38,457 bases of DNA, from positions 1 to 38,457 of the forward strand of contig CAWVTW010000003.1 of NCBI GenBank assembly GCA_963933175.1. Direction: 5' to 3'. This DNA is from an uncultured bacterium (GTDB taxonomy: Bacteria > Fidelibacterota > Marinisomatia > Marinisomatales > UBA1611). Below are positions 19,441 to 29,734 of this stretch, piece by piece. The notes beneath the pieces are model-generated. The model searched no databases, was not told the origin of the DNA, and saw only the letters and a list, made by a program, of their open reading frames with translations. Every line of letters starts with the position of its first letter. Position 1 is the stretch's first letter. The position numbers and the translations under genes were made by a program.

Positions 19441-19542
19441 ATGGAATATTTACTTACCGCAGTTATCCTAGTTTATGGCTCAATTGCCGGATGGTTTCTT
19501 TATCAACTGAAACAAAATAATTTATTAAAGAGGAGTAAATAA
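19441..19542 (+). CDS. ccmD: Probable CcmD (33 aa, below the ORF-track cutoff)
   Basis: MEYLLTAVILVYGSIAGWFLYQLKQNNLLKRSK*: single TM with Tyr, then a basic tail. Starts 3 nt after the ccmC stop and ends 2 nt before the next ATG. Confidence 0.72.
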   Translation: MEYLLTAVILVYGSIAGWFLYQLKQNNLLKRSK

Positions 19543-19544
19543 AT

Positions 19545-20609
19545 ATGGAACGCAAAATTGTTCACGTTATCGGTACGGGAACGATTGGTGAACCGCTCAT
19601 CGGACTGCTAAGCGATTATAGAGATCAGTTGGGGATCGATGAAGTTACCTTTCATAAAAACTCGGCTCTTCGCCGGGATAGGTCTAAAGTAAGCGACCTA
19701 CTGCGCCGTGGTGCACGACTATCTGTGGATGAAGGGAAGGAACAGGAGTTTAGAAAGTTGGGAATAGATCCTGATTTTGAAACGGAAGAATCAATCAAGC
19801 GGTCAACGGTTGTAATTGATTGCACCCCCAAAGGGGTCGGTCATTCCAATAAAGTGAAGTATTATGAAAAATTCTCAGATACTGTAAAAGGATTTCTAGC
19901 CCAGGGCAGTGAAGATGGATTTGGAAAGAAATATGCTCGTGGCATTAACGACCATGCTTTGAATTCTTCAGATAAGTTCATCCAAATCGTATCGTGCAAC
20001 ACCCATAATATATCCTGTGTCACCAACACCTTGGCCGTGAATAAAGATCCAGATAATCTCGTAGAAGGGAAATATGTCTGTATTCGTCGTGCAAATGATT
20101 TGAGTCAGACAGGAAGTTTTATACCGGCACCCCAAGTGGGATCACATGGAGACGAGAAATATGGTTCGCACCATGCGGCTGATGCGGCTGGCTTATTCGC
20201 AACATTGGGCATGGACCTGAATTTGTTTTCATCGGCTATGAAAGTAAATAGCCAATATATGCATGTACTTTGGTTCACACTGAAAGTGAAAGAACCTACT
20301 ACCCTTGCATCTGTGAAGGAGAGACTGCATAATAATGATAATGTAGCCATGACTACCAAGGATATGACCAGCACGGTTTTTTCCTTCGGACGTGACCATG
20401 GACATTATGGACGAATCATGAACCAAACTGTTGTTGTAGAACAATCACTTCATGTTCGGAATGATCATGAAATCACAGGTTTCTGTTTCACGCCACAGGA
20501 TGGCAATTCTATCTTGAGTTCAATCTCAGCAGCAGAATGGATGCTGTATCCCCATTCTTATAAAGATAAAATCCAGTGCCTGTCACACCTGTTTTTTAAC
20601 ATCATTTGA
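19545..20609 (+). CDS. Archaeal-type (class II) glyceraldehyde-3-phosphate dehydrogenase-like oxidoreductase
   Basis: Rossmann VIGTGTIG, VIDCTPKGVG, AQGSE, catalytic IVSCNTH, IRRAND, SHHAAD, YMHV. These parallel the archaeal GAPDH motifs GYGTIG, DCTP, FQGGE, VVSCNTT, RR.AD, SHH..D and LMH. Strong SD GAGGAG upstream. Confidence 0.8.
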   Translation: MERKIVHVIGTGTIGEPLIGLLSDYRDQLGIDEVTFHKNSALRRDRSKVSDLLRRGARLSVDEGKEQEFRKLGIDPDFETEESIKRSTVVIDCTPKGVGHSNKVKYYEKFSDTVKGFLAQGSEDGFGKKYARGINDHALNSSDKFIQIVSCNTHNISCVTNTLAVNKDPDNLVEGKYVCIRRANDLSQTGSFIPAPQVGSHGDEKYGSHHAADAAGLFATLGMDLNLFSSAMKVNSQYMHVLWFTLKVKEPTTLASVKERLHNNDNVAMTTKDMTSTVFSFGRDHGHYGRIMNQTVVVEQSLHVRNDHEITGFCFTPQDGNSILSSISAAEWMLYPHSYKDKIQCLSHLFFNII

Positions 20610-21256
20610 GCCTGAAAGTTGAACGGATCGTCACTGGCCCGTTTCAGGAAAATAGTTATGTCGCTTGGCAAGATGGATTGCCATCCTGCCTTGTGATTGA
20701 TCCAGGTGATGATTCGGAACTGATTATTGAAGTGATTTTAGGAAAGGATCTCAGTCCAATTGCCGTGGTAAATACCCATGCACATTTGGATCATATCGGT
20801 GGTGTATCTGATTTAAAAGAAAAATACGGAATACCATTTTATTTACACCCCAATGAAAAACCGATTCTGGATGGCTATGAAAGAGATTGTGCTTTTTTTG
20901 GAATAACACCGAAAATAACTCCAACGGTTGATCATTGGTTAAGCGCAGGTGAATTGAAGGTCAGTGACTTTTTGATCCAATGTGTTGAAACACCAGGACA
21001 CACACCGGGTGGAACCTGTTTGGTAATCAATGATCATGCGTTCACTGGTGATACGATTTTTGCCGGTTCTGTTGGGCGAACTGACTTGCCGGGCGGTAAT
21101 TGGGACACCTTATGTGATAGTTTGGTGAAAGCTATGGAAAATATTTCACATGATTATATTTTACATCCCGGACATGGACCGGACACAACATTGGAAAAAG
21201 AAATGAAACAAAACCCATTTTTGATTCCATTATTAAAACGGGTAAATTCCTTTTAA
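20606..21256 (+). CDS. MBL-fold metallohydrolase (glyoxalase II/GloC-like)
   Basis: GPFQENSY, IDPG, THAHLDHIGG, TPGHTPG, FTGDTIF.GSVGRTDLPGG, PGHGP...E...NPFL. Confidence 0.92.
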   Translation: MSLKVERIVTGPFQENSYVAWQDGLPSCLVIDPGDDSELIIEVILGKDLSPIAVVNTHAHLDHIGGVSDLKEKYGIPFYLHPNEKPILDGYERDCAFFGITPKITPTVDHWLSAGELKVSDFLIQCVETPGHTPGGTCLVINDHAFTGDTIFAGSVGRTDLPGGNWDTLCDSLVKAMENISHDYILHPGHGPDTTLEKEMKQNPFLIPLLKRVNSF

Positions 21257-22650
21257 TGAGCGAATTACAAACATTTAATAAAAAATTGATTCAACTCGAT
21301 TCGATTTTCCACAAGTTCACTGACGAATTGGCAACCTTTTCTGATTTAAAGAAAGAAAACCGGATCATTATTGCTGTTTCTGGTGGAATGGATTCCATGG
21401 CGCTTTTTTCTCTCTTACATTCGAGAGAAAAATTTGATCTAGTCATTGCACATGTGAATCATCATTTGCGTGGAGATTCTAATAAAGATGAATCCCTTGT
21501 TCAAAGTGCATGTAGATCATTGGGAATTCCATTCTTCACTACATCATTGAATCCTAAAAAAATAAAAAAAGGGGAAAGTGTTGAACAATGGGGGCGAACA
21601 CACCGCTATCGTTTCTTTAATGAAGTTATGGAAAAAACTAAGGCAAATTGGGTTATGACGGCTCACCATGGTAATGATCAGGTGGAAACTGTTTTAATGA
21701 ATCTATCCCGTCAATCCGGTATTTCTGGCCTTTGCGGCATTGGGAAACAAACTAAAAATGTTATGCGTCCGTTGTTGAGTTTTACAAAAAAGGATTTAAC
21801 CGATTTTGTAATAAGAAATGAAATTCCTTTTCGTGAAGATTTCACCAATTCTGAACTATCCAATCCCCGGAATTTTATTCGACATACGGTCGTAAACCCG
21901 TGGGAGAATAATGCTCAAAATCTTGTGAAGGGGATTCAAAGTTCAGTTAATCATTTTTCCGAATGGAAAGATGCATTGGATTATTTCATTTTGGAGACAC
22001 TTGTTCCAAAAATTCACCAATCTGTCAATCGGTTTGATATTCCTATCAAGATGGTCCAAGGTCTGCCAAATATGGTGAAAGTTAGATTGGTGCAACTTTT
22101 GATGGAAGCAACTTATCATGAACGTTGGTCCAAACATCAGATCGAACTTTTGAAATCATTTTTCAAGAAAGAAGAAGTAGGCAATCAACATATTTTACCT
22201 AATGGATGGAAATTGTTATGGGATCGAAGATCAATTATTGGAAAAGTAACAGCACATCAATTCCCAAAATATCCCGTGAAACTTGTCCCGGGTCATCCTG
22301 TTAATTTTAATGATTATAGATACGAATTGGTCTTTTCGAGACAAGAAAAGTTTGACACAGCTCAAAATCAGGAACAAGTGGATTGGACTTTATTGAAGGA
22401 TCAGAGATTGGAGATTCGTGCTTGGACAGACGGTGATTTTTTTCAGCCTTTAGGGATGGAAGGACACCAGAAGATTAGTGATTTCCTGATTAATGAAAAA
22501 GTGGATCAATTCACAAAAGAATCTCAAGCAGTTTTGACAGCGAATGGTGAAATCATCTGGGTGTGTGGCAAACGTATTGCAGATTGGGTAAAACTAACAC
22601 CCCAATCTCAAGAAACTGCTGTCTTAAATAGGACTTTCTTACCATTATGA
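21256..22650 (+). CDS. tilS: tRNA(Ile)-lysidine synthetase
   Basis: PP-loop AVSGGMDSMAL, HVNHHLR, TAHHGNDQVET, RPLL, RNFIRH, TilS C-terminal domain; tilS-hpt-ftsH synteny. Confidence 0.95.
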   Translation: MSELQTFNKKLIQLDSIFHKFTDELATFSDLKKENRIIIAVSGGMDSMALFSLLHSREKFDLVIAHVNHHLRGDSNKDESLVQSACRSLGIPFFTTSLNPKKIKKGESVEQWGRTHRYRFFNEVMEKTKANWVMTAHHGNDQVETVLMNLSRQSGISGLCGIGKQTKNVMRPLLSFTKKDLTDFVIRNEIPFREDFTNSELSNPRNFIRHTVVNPWENNAQNLVKGIQSSVNHFSEWKDALDYFILETLVPKIHQSVNRFDIPIKMVQGLPNMVKVRLVQLLMEATYHERWSKHQIELLKSFFKKEEVGNQHILPNGWKLLWDRRSIIGKVTAHQFPKYPVKLVPGHPVNFNDYRYELVFSRQEKFDTAQNQEQVDWTLLKDQRLEIRAWTDGDFFQPLGMEGHQKISDFLINEKVDQFTKESQAVLTANGEIIWVCGKRIADWVKLTPQSQETAVLNRTFLPL

Positions 22651-23186
22651 ATCCATTCGATCAAAAGAGAACACTTTTAATATCACCTGAAAAAATTCAA
22701 AAACGAGTCTTAGAACTGGGGAAAGAGATCTCCGAAAAATATACAGACAAGGACCCCATTTTTATTGGAGTCTTAAATGGTAGCTTTATGTTTATGGCAG
22801 ATCTACTTCGAAGTATTTCCATTGATTGTGAAATGGATTTTATTAAGGTTCGTAGTTATGTGGGAAAAAAATCATCTGGAACAATTCAACTCATAAAGGA
22901 TATATCCGCAGATGTGACGAATCGCCATGTGATCCTAGTTGAAGATATTATTGATTCCGGGCATACAATTCAATTTTTAATGGAAAGAGTGCGCAGTGCC
23001 TCACCTAAGTCAGTATCCATCGCTACATTTTTGATTAAACCAGATATCGCAAAAATCGATTTCGCAGTTGATTTCATTGGGTTTGAAATTCCACCAGAAT
23101 TTGTTGTAGGATACGGGTTAGATTATGATCAAAAATTAAGACATTTAAATGGTGTTTATTCTCTAGAGAGTGATACTGTCGTATAA
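22647..23186 (+). CDS. hpt: Hypoxanthine phosphoribosyltransferase
   Basis: GVLNGSFMFMADL, SY loop, PRPP motif VILVEDIIDSG, FVVGYGLDY. Confidence 0.96.
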   Translation: MNPFDQKRTLLISPEKIQKRVLELGKEISEKYTDKDPIFIGVLNGSFMFMADLLRSISIDCEMDFIKVRSYVGKKSSGTIQLIKDISADVTNRHVILVEDIIDSGHTIQFLMERVRSASPKSVSIATFLIKPDIAKIDFAVDFIGFEIPPEFVVGYGLDYDQKLRHLNGVYSLESDTVV

Positions 23187-23207
23187 AAATATCAAGGGAA
23201 ATTATAT

Positions 23208-25316
23208 ATGAACAATCAAAAAAATAAGCCGCAGCAAAATCAAAATAAACAGAATCCAAAAAAGAAACCGGATCAGTTTGATTGGATGCGAGCCGGTAAA
23301 ACCAGCATCGTTTGGCTCATGATCATTTTCGGAGCCGTTTATATTTCAGGCTTATTGACTGAATCCGGTAAAAAAGAAATCGAAATCGAGTATACTGATT
23401 ACCGTGAATATTTGGCAAACAGAGAGATTGAAAAAGCGGTTATCATGGGTGATGTATTTCATGGCGAATTCAAAGTCTCAAAAACAATTGAAACTCCTAT
23501 TGGTCCCTTGAATGATGTGACTCATTTTAAATTGACACTTCCGTTTCTTGAAAGGGAAGATACTGATGAATGGGATGCCGCTGGGATAGAATACACTTTT
23601 AAGGAAAGAACAATTGACTGGACGGGATATTTACTCAATATGCTTCCTTGGATTTTATTAATTGGATTCTGGTTTTTTATGATTCGCAGAATGCAAGGTG
23701 GCGCAGGGGGTATGGGCGGTATTTTCAAATTCGGGAAAAGTAAGGCATCGCTTTGGACATCGGATCAACCTCGTGTCACATTTAAAGATGTAGCAGGTTG
23801 TGAAGAAGCAAAAGAAGAGTTGAAGGAAGTGATAGACTTTTTAAAGAATCCCAAAAGATTCCAAAAACTTGGAGCCAAAGTACCTAAAGGAGCCTTGCTT
23901 GTTGGCCGTCCAGGTACAGGAAAAACTCTTTTGGCTCGCGCCATTGCAGGGGAAGCATCTGTACCATTTTATAGTTTAAGTGGTGCAGATTTTGTAGAAA
24001 TGTTCGTGGGTGTGGGCGCTTCCCGTGTTCGTGATCTTTTTGAGCAAGCTAAAAAGACTGAACCATCAATTATTTTTATCGATGAAATGGATGCGGTGGG
24101 TCGTCATCGTGGTGCCGGAATTGGAGGTGGACACGATGAGCGTGAGCAAACCTTGAATGCGCTTCTTGTTGAAATGGATGGATTTAATAATACCCAGAAT
24201 GTAATTGTCATTGCCGCAACAAACCGGCCGGATGTGTTGGACCCAGCCTTGCTTCGTCCCGGTCGTTTCGATCGCCAAATTATGGTAGATGTACCGGATT
24301 ACATAGGTCGTTTGGGCATTTTGAAAGTCCATACCAAGAACGTGGTGATGAACCAGTCAAAAGTAGATTTGGAATCTTTAGCTAAAGGTATACCCGGTAT
24401 GGTGGGTGCAGATATTGCCAATTTAGTGAATGAAGCCGCATTACTTGCGGCAAAAAAAGGGAAAAAATCCATTGATATGGATGATTTTGAAGAAGCAAAG
24501 GACAAGGTAATGATGGGTGCTCAGCGTAAAAGCATGGTTCTTTCTCAAGAAGAAAAAAAAGTAACTGCATATCACGAAGCAGGACATGCATTGGTGGCCA
24601 TCAAGACCAAGGGAGCTGATCCTGTACATAAAATTACCATTATTCCTCGGGGGCAAGCCTTGGGCGTCACAATGCAACTCCCTATTGATGAAAAACATGG
24701 CTATAAACGCAGTTATGTGGAAGGTCGCCTTGCTATTCTTATGGGAGGAAGAAGTGCTGAAATGGTTATTTTTAACGAAATGACGACCGGTGCTGGGAAC
24801 GATATCGAACAAGCCACCCAAATTTCGCGGAAAATGGTGACAGAGTGGGGGATGAGTGATTTGTTAGGTCCAATGACCTTCGGGAAAAAGAATGAAGAAA
24901 TATTTTTGGGACGAGAAATTCAATCTCAAAGGGATTACAGTGAAGTAACGGCACGTATGATCGATGAAGAAATCTCTCGAATTGTTCGTGATTCCCAACG
25001 AATAGCTGACGAAATTCTTCGGAAAAATATTGAAATTCTTCATAGAATAGCTCAGGAATTGTTGAAATACGAAACAATCGATTCGATAGATCTTGAAAAA
25101 ATTCTTAAAGGTGAAAAACTTACACGAGCATTGAATGGCCAAGATAAACTCAAAAATAAGCGAAAACCCCGGAAGCGCCAAAATACCCCCCCCAAAATAA
25201 AGGATGGGGAAAAAGCACAACAAAAATCTCGTCAACAGAATCATTCCAAACCACAGCAGGGTAAAGCAAAGCCAAAACAACCTCAACCACAAAAAAAACA
25301 GGAAGTGAATTCCTGA
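23208..25316 (+). CDS. ftsH: ATP-dependent zinc metalloprotease FtsH
   Basis: Two TMs, [43 protein letters not shown]. Confidence 0.98.
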   Translation: MNNQKNKPQQNQNKQNPKKKPDQFDWMRAGKTSIVWLMIIFGAVYISGLLTESGKKEIEIEYTDYREYLANREIEKAVIMGDVFHGEFKVSKTIETPIGPLNDVTHFKLTLPFLEREDTDEWDAAGIEYTFKERTIDWTGYLLNMLPWILLIGFWFFMIRRMQGGAGGMGGIFKFGKSKASLWTSDQPRVTFKDVAGCEEAKEELKEVIDFLKNPKRFQKLGAKVPKGALLVGRPGTGKTLLARAIAGEASVPFYSLSGADFVEMFVGVGASRVRDLFEQAKKTEPSIIFIDEMDAVGRHRGAGIGGGHDEREQTLNALLVEMDGFNNTQNVIVIAATNRPDVLDPALLRPGRFDRQIMVDVPDYIGRLGILKVHTKNVVMNQSKVDLESLAKGIPGMVGADIANLVNEAALLAAKKGKKSIDMDDFEEAKDKVMMGAQRKSMVLSQEEKKVTAYHEAGHALVAIKTKGADPVHKITIIPRGQALGVTMQLPIDEKHGYKRSYVEGRLAILMGGRSAEMVIFNEMTTGAGNDIEQATQISRKMVTEWGMSDLLGPMTFGKKNEEIFLGREIQSQRDYSEVTARMIDEEISRIVRDSQRIADEILRKNIEILHRIAQELLKYETIDSIDLEKILKGEKLTRALNGQDKLKNKRKPRKRQNTPPKIKDGEKAQQKSRQQNHSKPQQGKAKPKQPQPQKKQEVNS

Positions 25317-25317
25317 T

Positions 25318-26172
25318 TTGAAATCAAAATTGTCACGCCACAATTTTTCTGAATGGTGCCAGAATTCTGACCGGGAAACACTGGTTATGGGTATCATCAA
25401 TGTAACGCCGGATTCTTTCAGCGATGGCGGACAATATTTTACAAAAAAATCTGCTGTGAATCACGCCATGTCGCTGATTAATGATGGAGCTGATATTCTG
25501 GATATTGGCGGTGAATCTTCTCGTCCAGGTGCTGCGCCAATTTCTGTAAAAGATGAATTGAACCGAATCATCCCAGTCATTAAATTGATTCGAAAGACAG
25601 ATTCGGTCGTCTTAATTTCTATTGATACTACAAAATCAATTGTAGCAAAACAGGCTGTGGAAGCTGGTGCCGATATTGTGAATGATATTAGCGGATTCTC
25701 TCTGGATAAAAACATGCCATCTGTGGTATCATCATTGGATGTGCCAGTGATTTTAATGCATATGAAAGGAACACCCTTAACAATGCAAAAAAAACCACAT
25801 TATGAAAACCTCGTGGGTGAAATCAACTCTTTTTTTCTAAATCAAATTAATGTTGCTAAATCTGCAGGGATTAAAACAGAAAAAATCATTTTGGATCCTG
25901 GGATTGGATTTGGAAAAACAATCGATCATAATTTTACGATTATTCAAAAATTAAATGAATTTTGTGAATTGGGATATCCAGTGTTAATTGGCCCTAGCCG
26001 AAAGGCTTTTATAGGGTCCATGTTGGGTCTTCCATCTCATGATCGAATAGAAGGAACAGCAGCAGCTATTTCTGCCGGTATTTTAAATGGTGCAAGAATT
26101 GTTCGGGTTCATGATGTGAAAGAAATGAAACGAGTTGTAACAATTACTGAAAAGATCAGGACTGCCGCATGA
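25318..26172 (+). CDS. folP: Dihydropteroate synthase
   Basis: VMGIINVTPDSFSDGG, DIGGESSRPG, ISIDT, LDPGIGFGK, SRK.FIG, VRVHDV. Confidence 0.97.
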   Translation: MKSKLSRHNFSEWCQNSDRETLVMGIINVTPDSFSDGGQYFTKKSAVNHAMSLINDGADILDIGGESSRPGAAPISVKDELNRIIPVIKLIRKTDSVVLISIDTTKSIVAKQAVEAGADIVNDISGFSLDKNMPSVVSSLDVPVILMHMKGTPLTMQKKPHYENLVGEINSFFLNQINVAKSAGIKTEKIILDPGIGFGKTIDHNFTIIQKLNEFCELGYPVLIGPSRKAFIGSMLGLPSHDRIEGTAAAISAGILNGARIVRVHDVKEMKRVVTITEKIRTAA

Positions 26173-26945
26173 CTCTCTTCAAATTTGGATTCTTGACTTT
26201 TACTTTAATTGATGTGATTGATATCATCCTGGTTACTTGGATCTTTATAAAAGTGTACCAATATTTCAGAGAAACCCGGGCCGGACAAATGTTGATTGGA
26301 TTGGTGATATTGCTCATCTCATCCTTCTTGTTCAATTCATTTGGATTGAGTGCCATGTCCTGGTTAGTGAACCAATTCCAAACTGTTTGGGTAGTAGCAT
26401 TTGTGATTTTATTCCAACCGGAAATCCGGCGGCTTTTAATCTACGTAGGACAAACACGATTTTTCCAGCGCATTTTTATGATGGGAACTTCCCGTTCCTT
26501 GGAAGCGGTTGTGGAAGCTTCATTGATTCTGGCAGAGAAAAAATGGGGTGCTTTGATTGTAATTCAACGAGAGACAGGACTTCGCTCTTACAAAGAAGCG
26601 GGAACACCTTTAAAAGCGGAAGTTTCAACACCCTTACTCATGTCTATCTTTAATCCAGGCTCGCCCATGCATGATGGGGCTGTCATATTGCAAAATACAT
26701 TATTGGAAGCTGCAGGCTGTATTTTGCCATTAACAGAAAGCCCGATGGTTTTACCAGAGATGGGTACACGACATCGTGCTGCATTAGGAATCACTGAAGA
26801 ATCGGATGCAATTGTTGTAGTTGTTTCAGAAGAACGGGGGACAATTTCTACGGCCGAAAACGGTCGGTTTACTCACTTGGATATGGATGAAATGAAATTG
26901 CGTCGTTATTTGAATGAACGTTTATTTATTTCATCTGGTGAATAA
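26169..26945 (+). CDS. cdaA: Membrane-bound diadenylate cyclase CdaA (DacA)
   Basis: Three N-terminal TMs, FQPEIRR, catalytic HDGAV and GTRHRAA, VVVVSEE. Confidence 0.95.
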   Translation: MTLFKFGFLTFTLIDVIDIILVTWIFIKVYQYFRETRAGQMLIGLVILLISSFLFNSFGLSAMSWLVNQFQTVWVVAFVILFQPEIRRLLIYVGQTRFFQRIFMMGTSRSLEAVVEASLILAEKKWGALIVIQRETGLRSYKEAGTPLKAEVSTPLLMSIFNPGSPMHDGAVILQNTLLEAAGCILPLTESPMVLPEMGTRHRAALGITEESDAIVVVVSEERGTISTAENGRFTHLDMDEMKLRRYLNERLFISSGE

Positions 26946-27119
26946 AATCTCACGATCATCCTTGATTGTGGTAAGGTCGCCTGATTTTGTCATTAAGTTG
27001 TGATTTTAATAACCATCACTCGTGTCACTTCCGATTTAATTATTTACCCGTAGTTTATAACGTAATAATTTTCCAGATTTCCCCCTCAACTCGGGTTCAT
27101 CTTCTCTGTAAATTTTCAG

Positions 27120-28230
27120 ATGGAATTATCTGATTTAAAGGAGCAATTCGCAGCAGCAGAATCCAAGGACTCCGAAATACGGAGGTATCTTTGATCTGGA
27201 TTCCAGATCAAAAACATTAGAAGTGCTCCGCGAGCAATCTTCCAATCCAGATTTCTGGAATGATAATCAAGGCGCATCTGGCATCCTGAAAAGAATTTCC
27301 CGGATCGAAAAAGAGATTGCGTTATGGTCAGACCTAACCAGACGCCATGATGATATGGAGGTGTTATTCGAGTTTGCGGAAGAGGGCGAAACGGGTTTGG
27401 ATGAAATCCAAAATGAGCTGAATCTGTACCAGAAGATCATTGACGATGTTGAAATGAAACTTATTTTAGGCAAGCCTGAAGATATTCAAAATGCCATTAT
27501 GGCAATTCACCCGGGTGCCGGTGGAACCGAGAGTCAAGATTGGGCACAAATGCTTTATCGCATGTACAAGCGATGGGCTGAGAGAGAAGATTATAAAATT
27601 GAAGTTATGGATTTACAGCCAGGAGATGAAGCTGGTATAAAGGACGTAACATTTGAAATAAAAGGCGATTATGCTTTTGGCTTGGCAAAAGCTGAGGCAG
27701 GTGTGCATCGCATGGTTCGGATTTCCCCCTTTGATTCTGCTAGCCGACGCCACACATCATTTGCATCGGTATTTGTTTATCCCGCTGTAGAAGATGACAT
27801 CGAGGTGGAAATAAATCCCACGGATCTTCGTATTGATACTTACCGTGCCGGCGGAGCAGGCGGGCAGCATGTTAATAAAACAGATTCCGCCGTTCGCATT
27901 ACGCACCTTCCAACAGGAATTGTTGCTCAATGCCAGAATGAGAGATCTCAGCATAAAAATAAGAGTCTAGCTATGAAGGTTCTGAAAGCTAGACTATATA
28001 AAGTAGAACTGGAAAAAGAGAAAGAGAAAAATAAGGATCTGGAAGACCAAAAAATGGATATTGGGTGGGGAAGCCAGATCCGATCCTATGTTTTTCATCC
28101 TTATCAAATGGTGAAAGATCATCGAACCAAAGAAGAAAATGGGAATATCCAATCCGTTATGGATGGTGATTTAACACCTTTTATTAAAGCATTTTTACTA
28201 AGTACAATTGGTACTAAAAATAAGCCGTAA
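27120..28230 (+). CDS. prfB: Peptide chain release factor 2 (programmed +1 frameshift; join 27120..27191, 27193..28230)
   Basis: 24-codon leader MELSDLKEQ...IRRYL ending CTT TGA. The +1 frame (DLDSRSKTLEV...) carries SPF and GGQ motifs, GAGGTESQDW and WGSQIRSYV. Confidence 0.97.
27181..27195 (+). promoter_or_regulatory. prfB autoregulatory frameshift cassette GGAGG-TAT-CTT-TGA-T
   Basis: Internal SD 3 nt upstream of the slippery CTT followed by in-frame TGA, the established RF2 signal. Confidence 0.96.
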
Positions 28231-28240
28231 AGGAAAAACT

Positions 28241-29731
28241 ATGTCAGACGACCATAAAAGTTTACAACAGATCGTTGATTTCAGACTTGAGAAACTTAAT
28301 AAACTCAGAGAAGATGGAGTGAATCCATATCCAACAAAATATGAGCCGACTCATTGGAGCGAATCCATTAAAACTAATTATGATGAATTAGAAGGAAAAA
28401 CTGTGAATGTTGCAGGGCGAGTGATGGCTATTCGAAAGATGGGAAAAGCGTCCTTCGCGCAGATCATGGATTCGGAGGGGCGGATCCAGTTTTTTATTAA
28501 ACGAGATGACGTAGGTGAAGAGTCCTACACCCATTTCAAATTATTGGATATCGGAGATTATGTGGGTGTTATAGGATACGTGTTTACCACAAAAACAGGT
28601 GAAATTTCTATCCATACTGACGTTATTACTATTTTGGCTAAAAGCATTCGTCCTCTCCCGATTGTGAAAGAAAAAGATGGAGAAGTATTTGACGCATTTA
28701 CGGATAAGGAACACCGTTATCGGAACCGCCATTTAGATTTGATTTTAAATCCGGAAGTGAAAGATACATTTGTAAAGCGTGCTGCCATTATTAAAACAAT
28801 TAGAAATTTTCTTGATGATCTCGGATTTTTGGAAGTTGAGACACCAATCCTTCAGCCTTTATATGGCGGAGCAAATGCTCGTCCTTTTACGACGCATCAC
28901 AATACCCTTGACCAAAAACTTTATCTCCGAATTGCGGATGAATTATATTTAAAACGGCTCATCATTGGCGGCATTGATCGGGTTTATGAACTCTCCAAAG
29001 ATTTTCGGAACGAAGGGATGGATCGTAATCATAACCCGGAATTCACCATGTTAGAATTCTATTGGGCATATGCGGATTATGAAGATTGCATGGATCTTGT
29101 TGAAAAAATGGTTCGTGAAGCAGCAGAAAAAGTCGGCGCACTCCAGGTGGATTGGGGCGGCATGGATATTGATCTTTCGAAGCCCTTTGCACGGGTTCCA
29201 ATGTTGAAATTATTGAAAGATGCCACAGGTTGTGACTTAGGTGATGTATCTGATGATGAAATTCAGGCGGTCTGTAAAAAAAACAAGATTGAAGTAGGTG
29301 AAACCTGGAATTATGGCCAAATGCTGGATGAACTCATGAGTAAACTTGTGGAGCCAAACTTAATTCAACCCACTTTTATCATTGATTATCCTAAGGCAAT
29401 CTCGCCCCTTGCAAAAGTACATCGAAATGGTGACCCGAATCTTGTTGAACGGTATGAACTTTTCATTGGCGGCGCAGAATTCGCTAATTCGTTTTCTGAA
29501 TTGAATGACCCTGTGGATCAGCGTGAACGATTGGAAGCCCAGGCGGCTCTTAAAGAAAAAGGGGATGAGGAAGCTCAACCCGTGGATGAACAATTTATCC
29601 AAGCCATGGAATGCGGTATGCCGCCAACAGGAGGCGTGGGTCTAGGTATTGATAGACTCACTATGTTGCTTACAGAAAATCGTTGGATTAAAGATGTGAT
29701 CCTCTTCCCAGCCATGAGACCGGAAAAATAA
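28241..29731 (+). CDS. lysS: Lysine--tRNA ligase (class II)
   Basis: VAGRVMAIRKMGKASF, EVETPIL, GGANARPF, FRNEG...HNPEFTMLE, GMPPTGGVGLGIDRL; AAGGA SD before ATG 28241. Confidence 0.97.
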   Translation: MSDDHKSLQQIVDFRLEKLNKLREDGVNPYPTKYEPTHWSESIKTNYDELEGKTVNVAGRVMAIRKMGKASFAQIMDSEGRIQFFIKRDDVGEESYTHFKLLDIGDYVGVIGYVFTTKTGEISIHTDVITILAKSIRPLPIVKEKDGEVFDAFTDKEHRYRNRHLDLILNPEVKDTFVKRAAIIKTIRNFLDDLGFLEVETPILQPLYGGANARPFTTHHNTLDQKLYLRIADELYLKRLIIGGIDRVYELSKDFRNEGMDRNHNPEFTMLEFYWAYADYEDCMDLVEKMVREAAEKVGALQVDWGGMDIDLSKPFARVPMLKLLKDATGCDLGDVSDDEIQAVCKKNKIEVGETWNYGQMLDELMSKLVEPNLIQPTFIIDYPKAISPLAKVHRNGDPNLVERYELFIGGAEFANSFSELNDPVDQRERLEAQAALKEKGDEEAQPVDEQFIQAMECGMPPTGGVGLGIDRLTMLLTENRWIKDVILFPAMRPEK

Positions 29732-29734
29732 AAA

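Noticed and set aside
26946-27119. Possible riboswitch, sRNA or minus-strand small ORF after cdaA
   Set aside because: I recognised no riboswitch core, and ATG-initiated minus-strand frames are about 20 codons or fewer with no supporting motif. An Infernal search would be needed.
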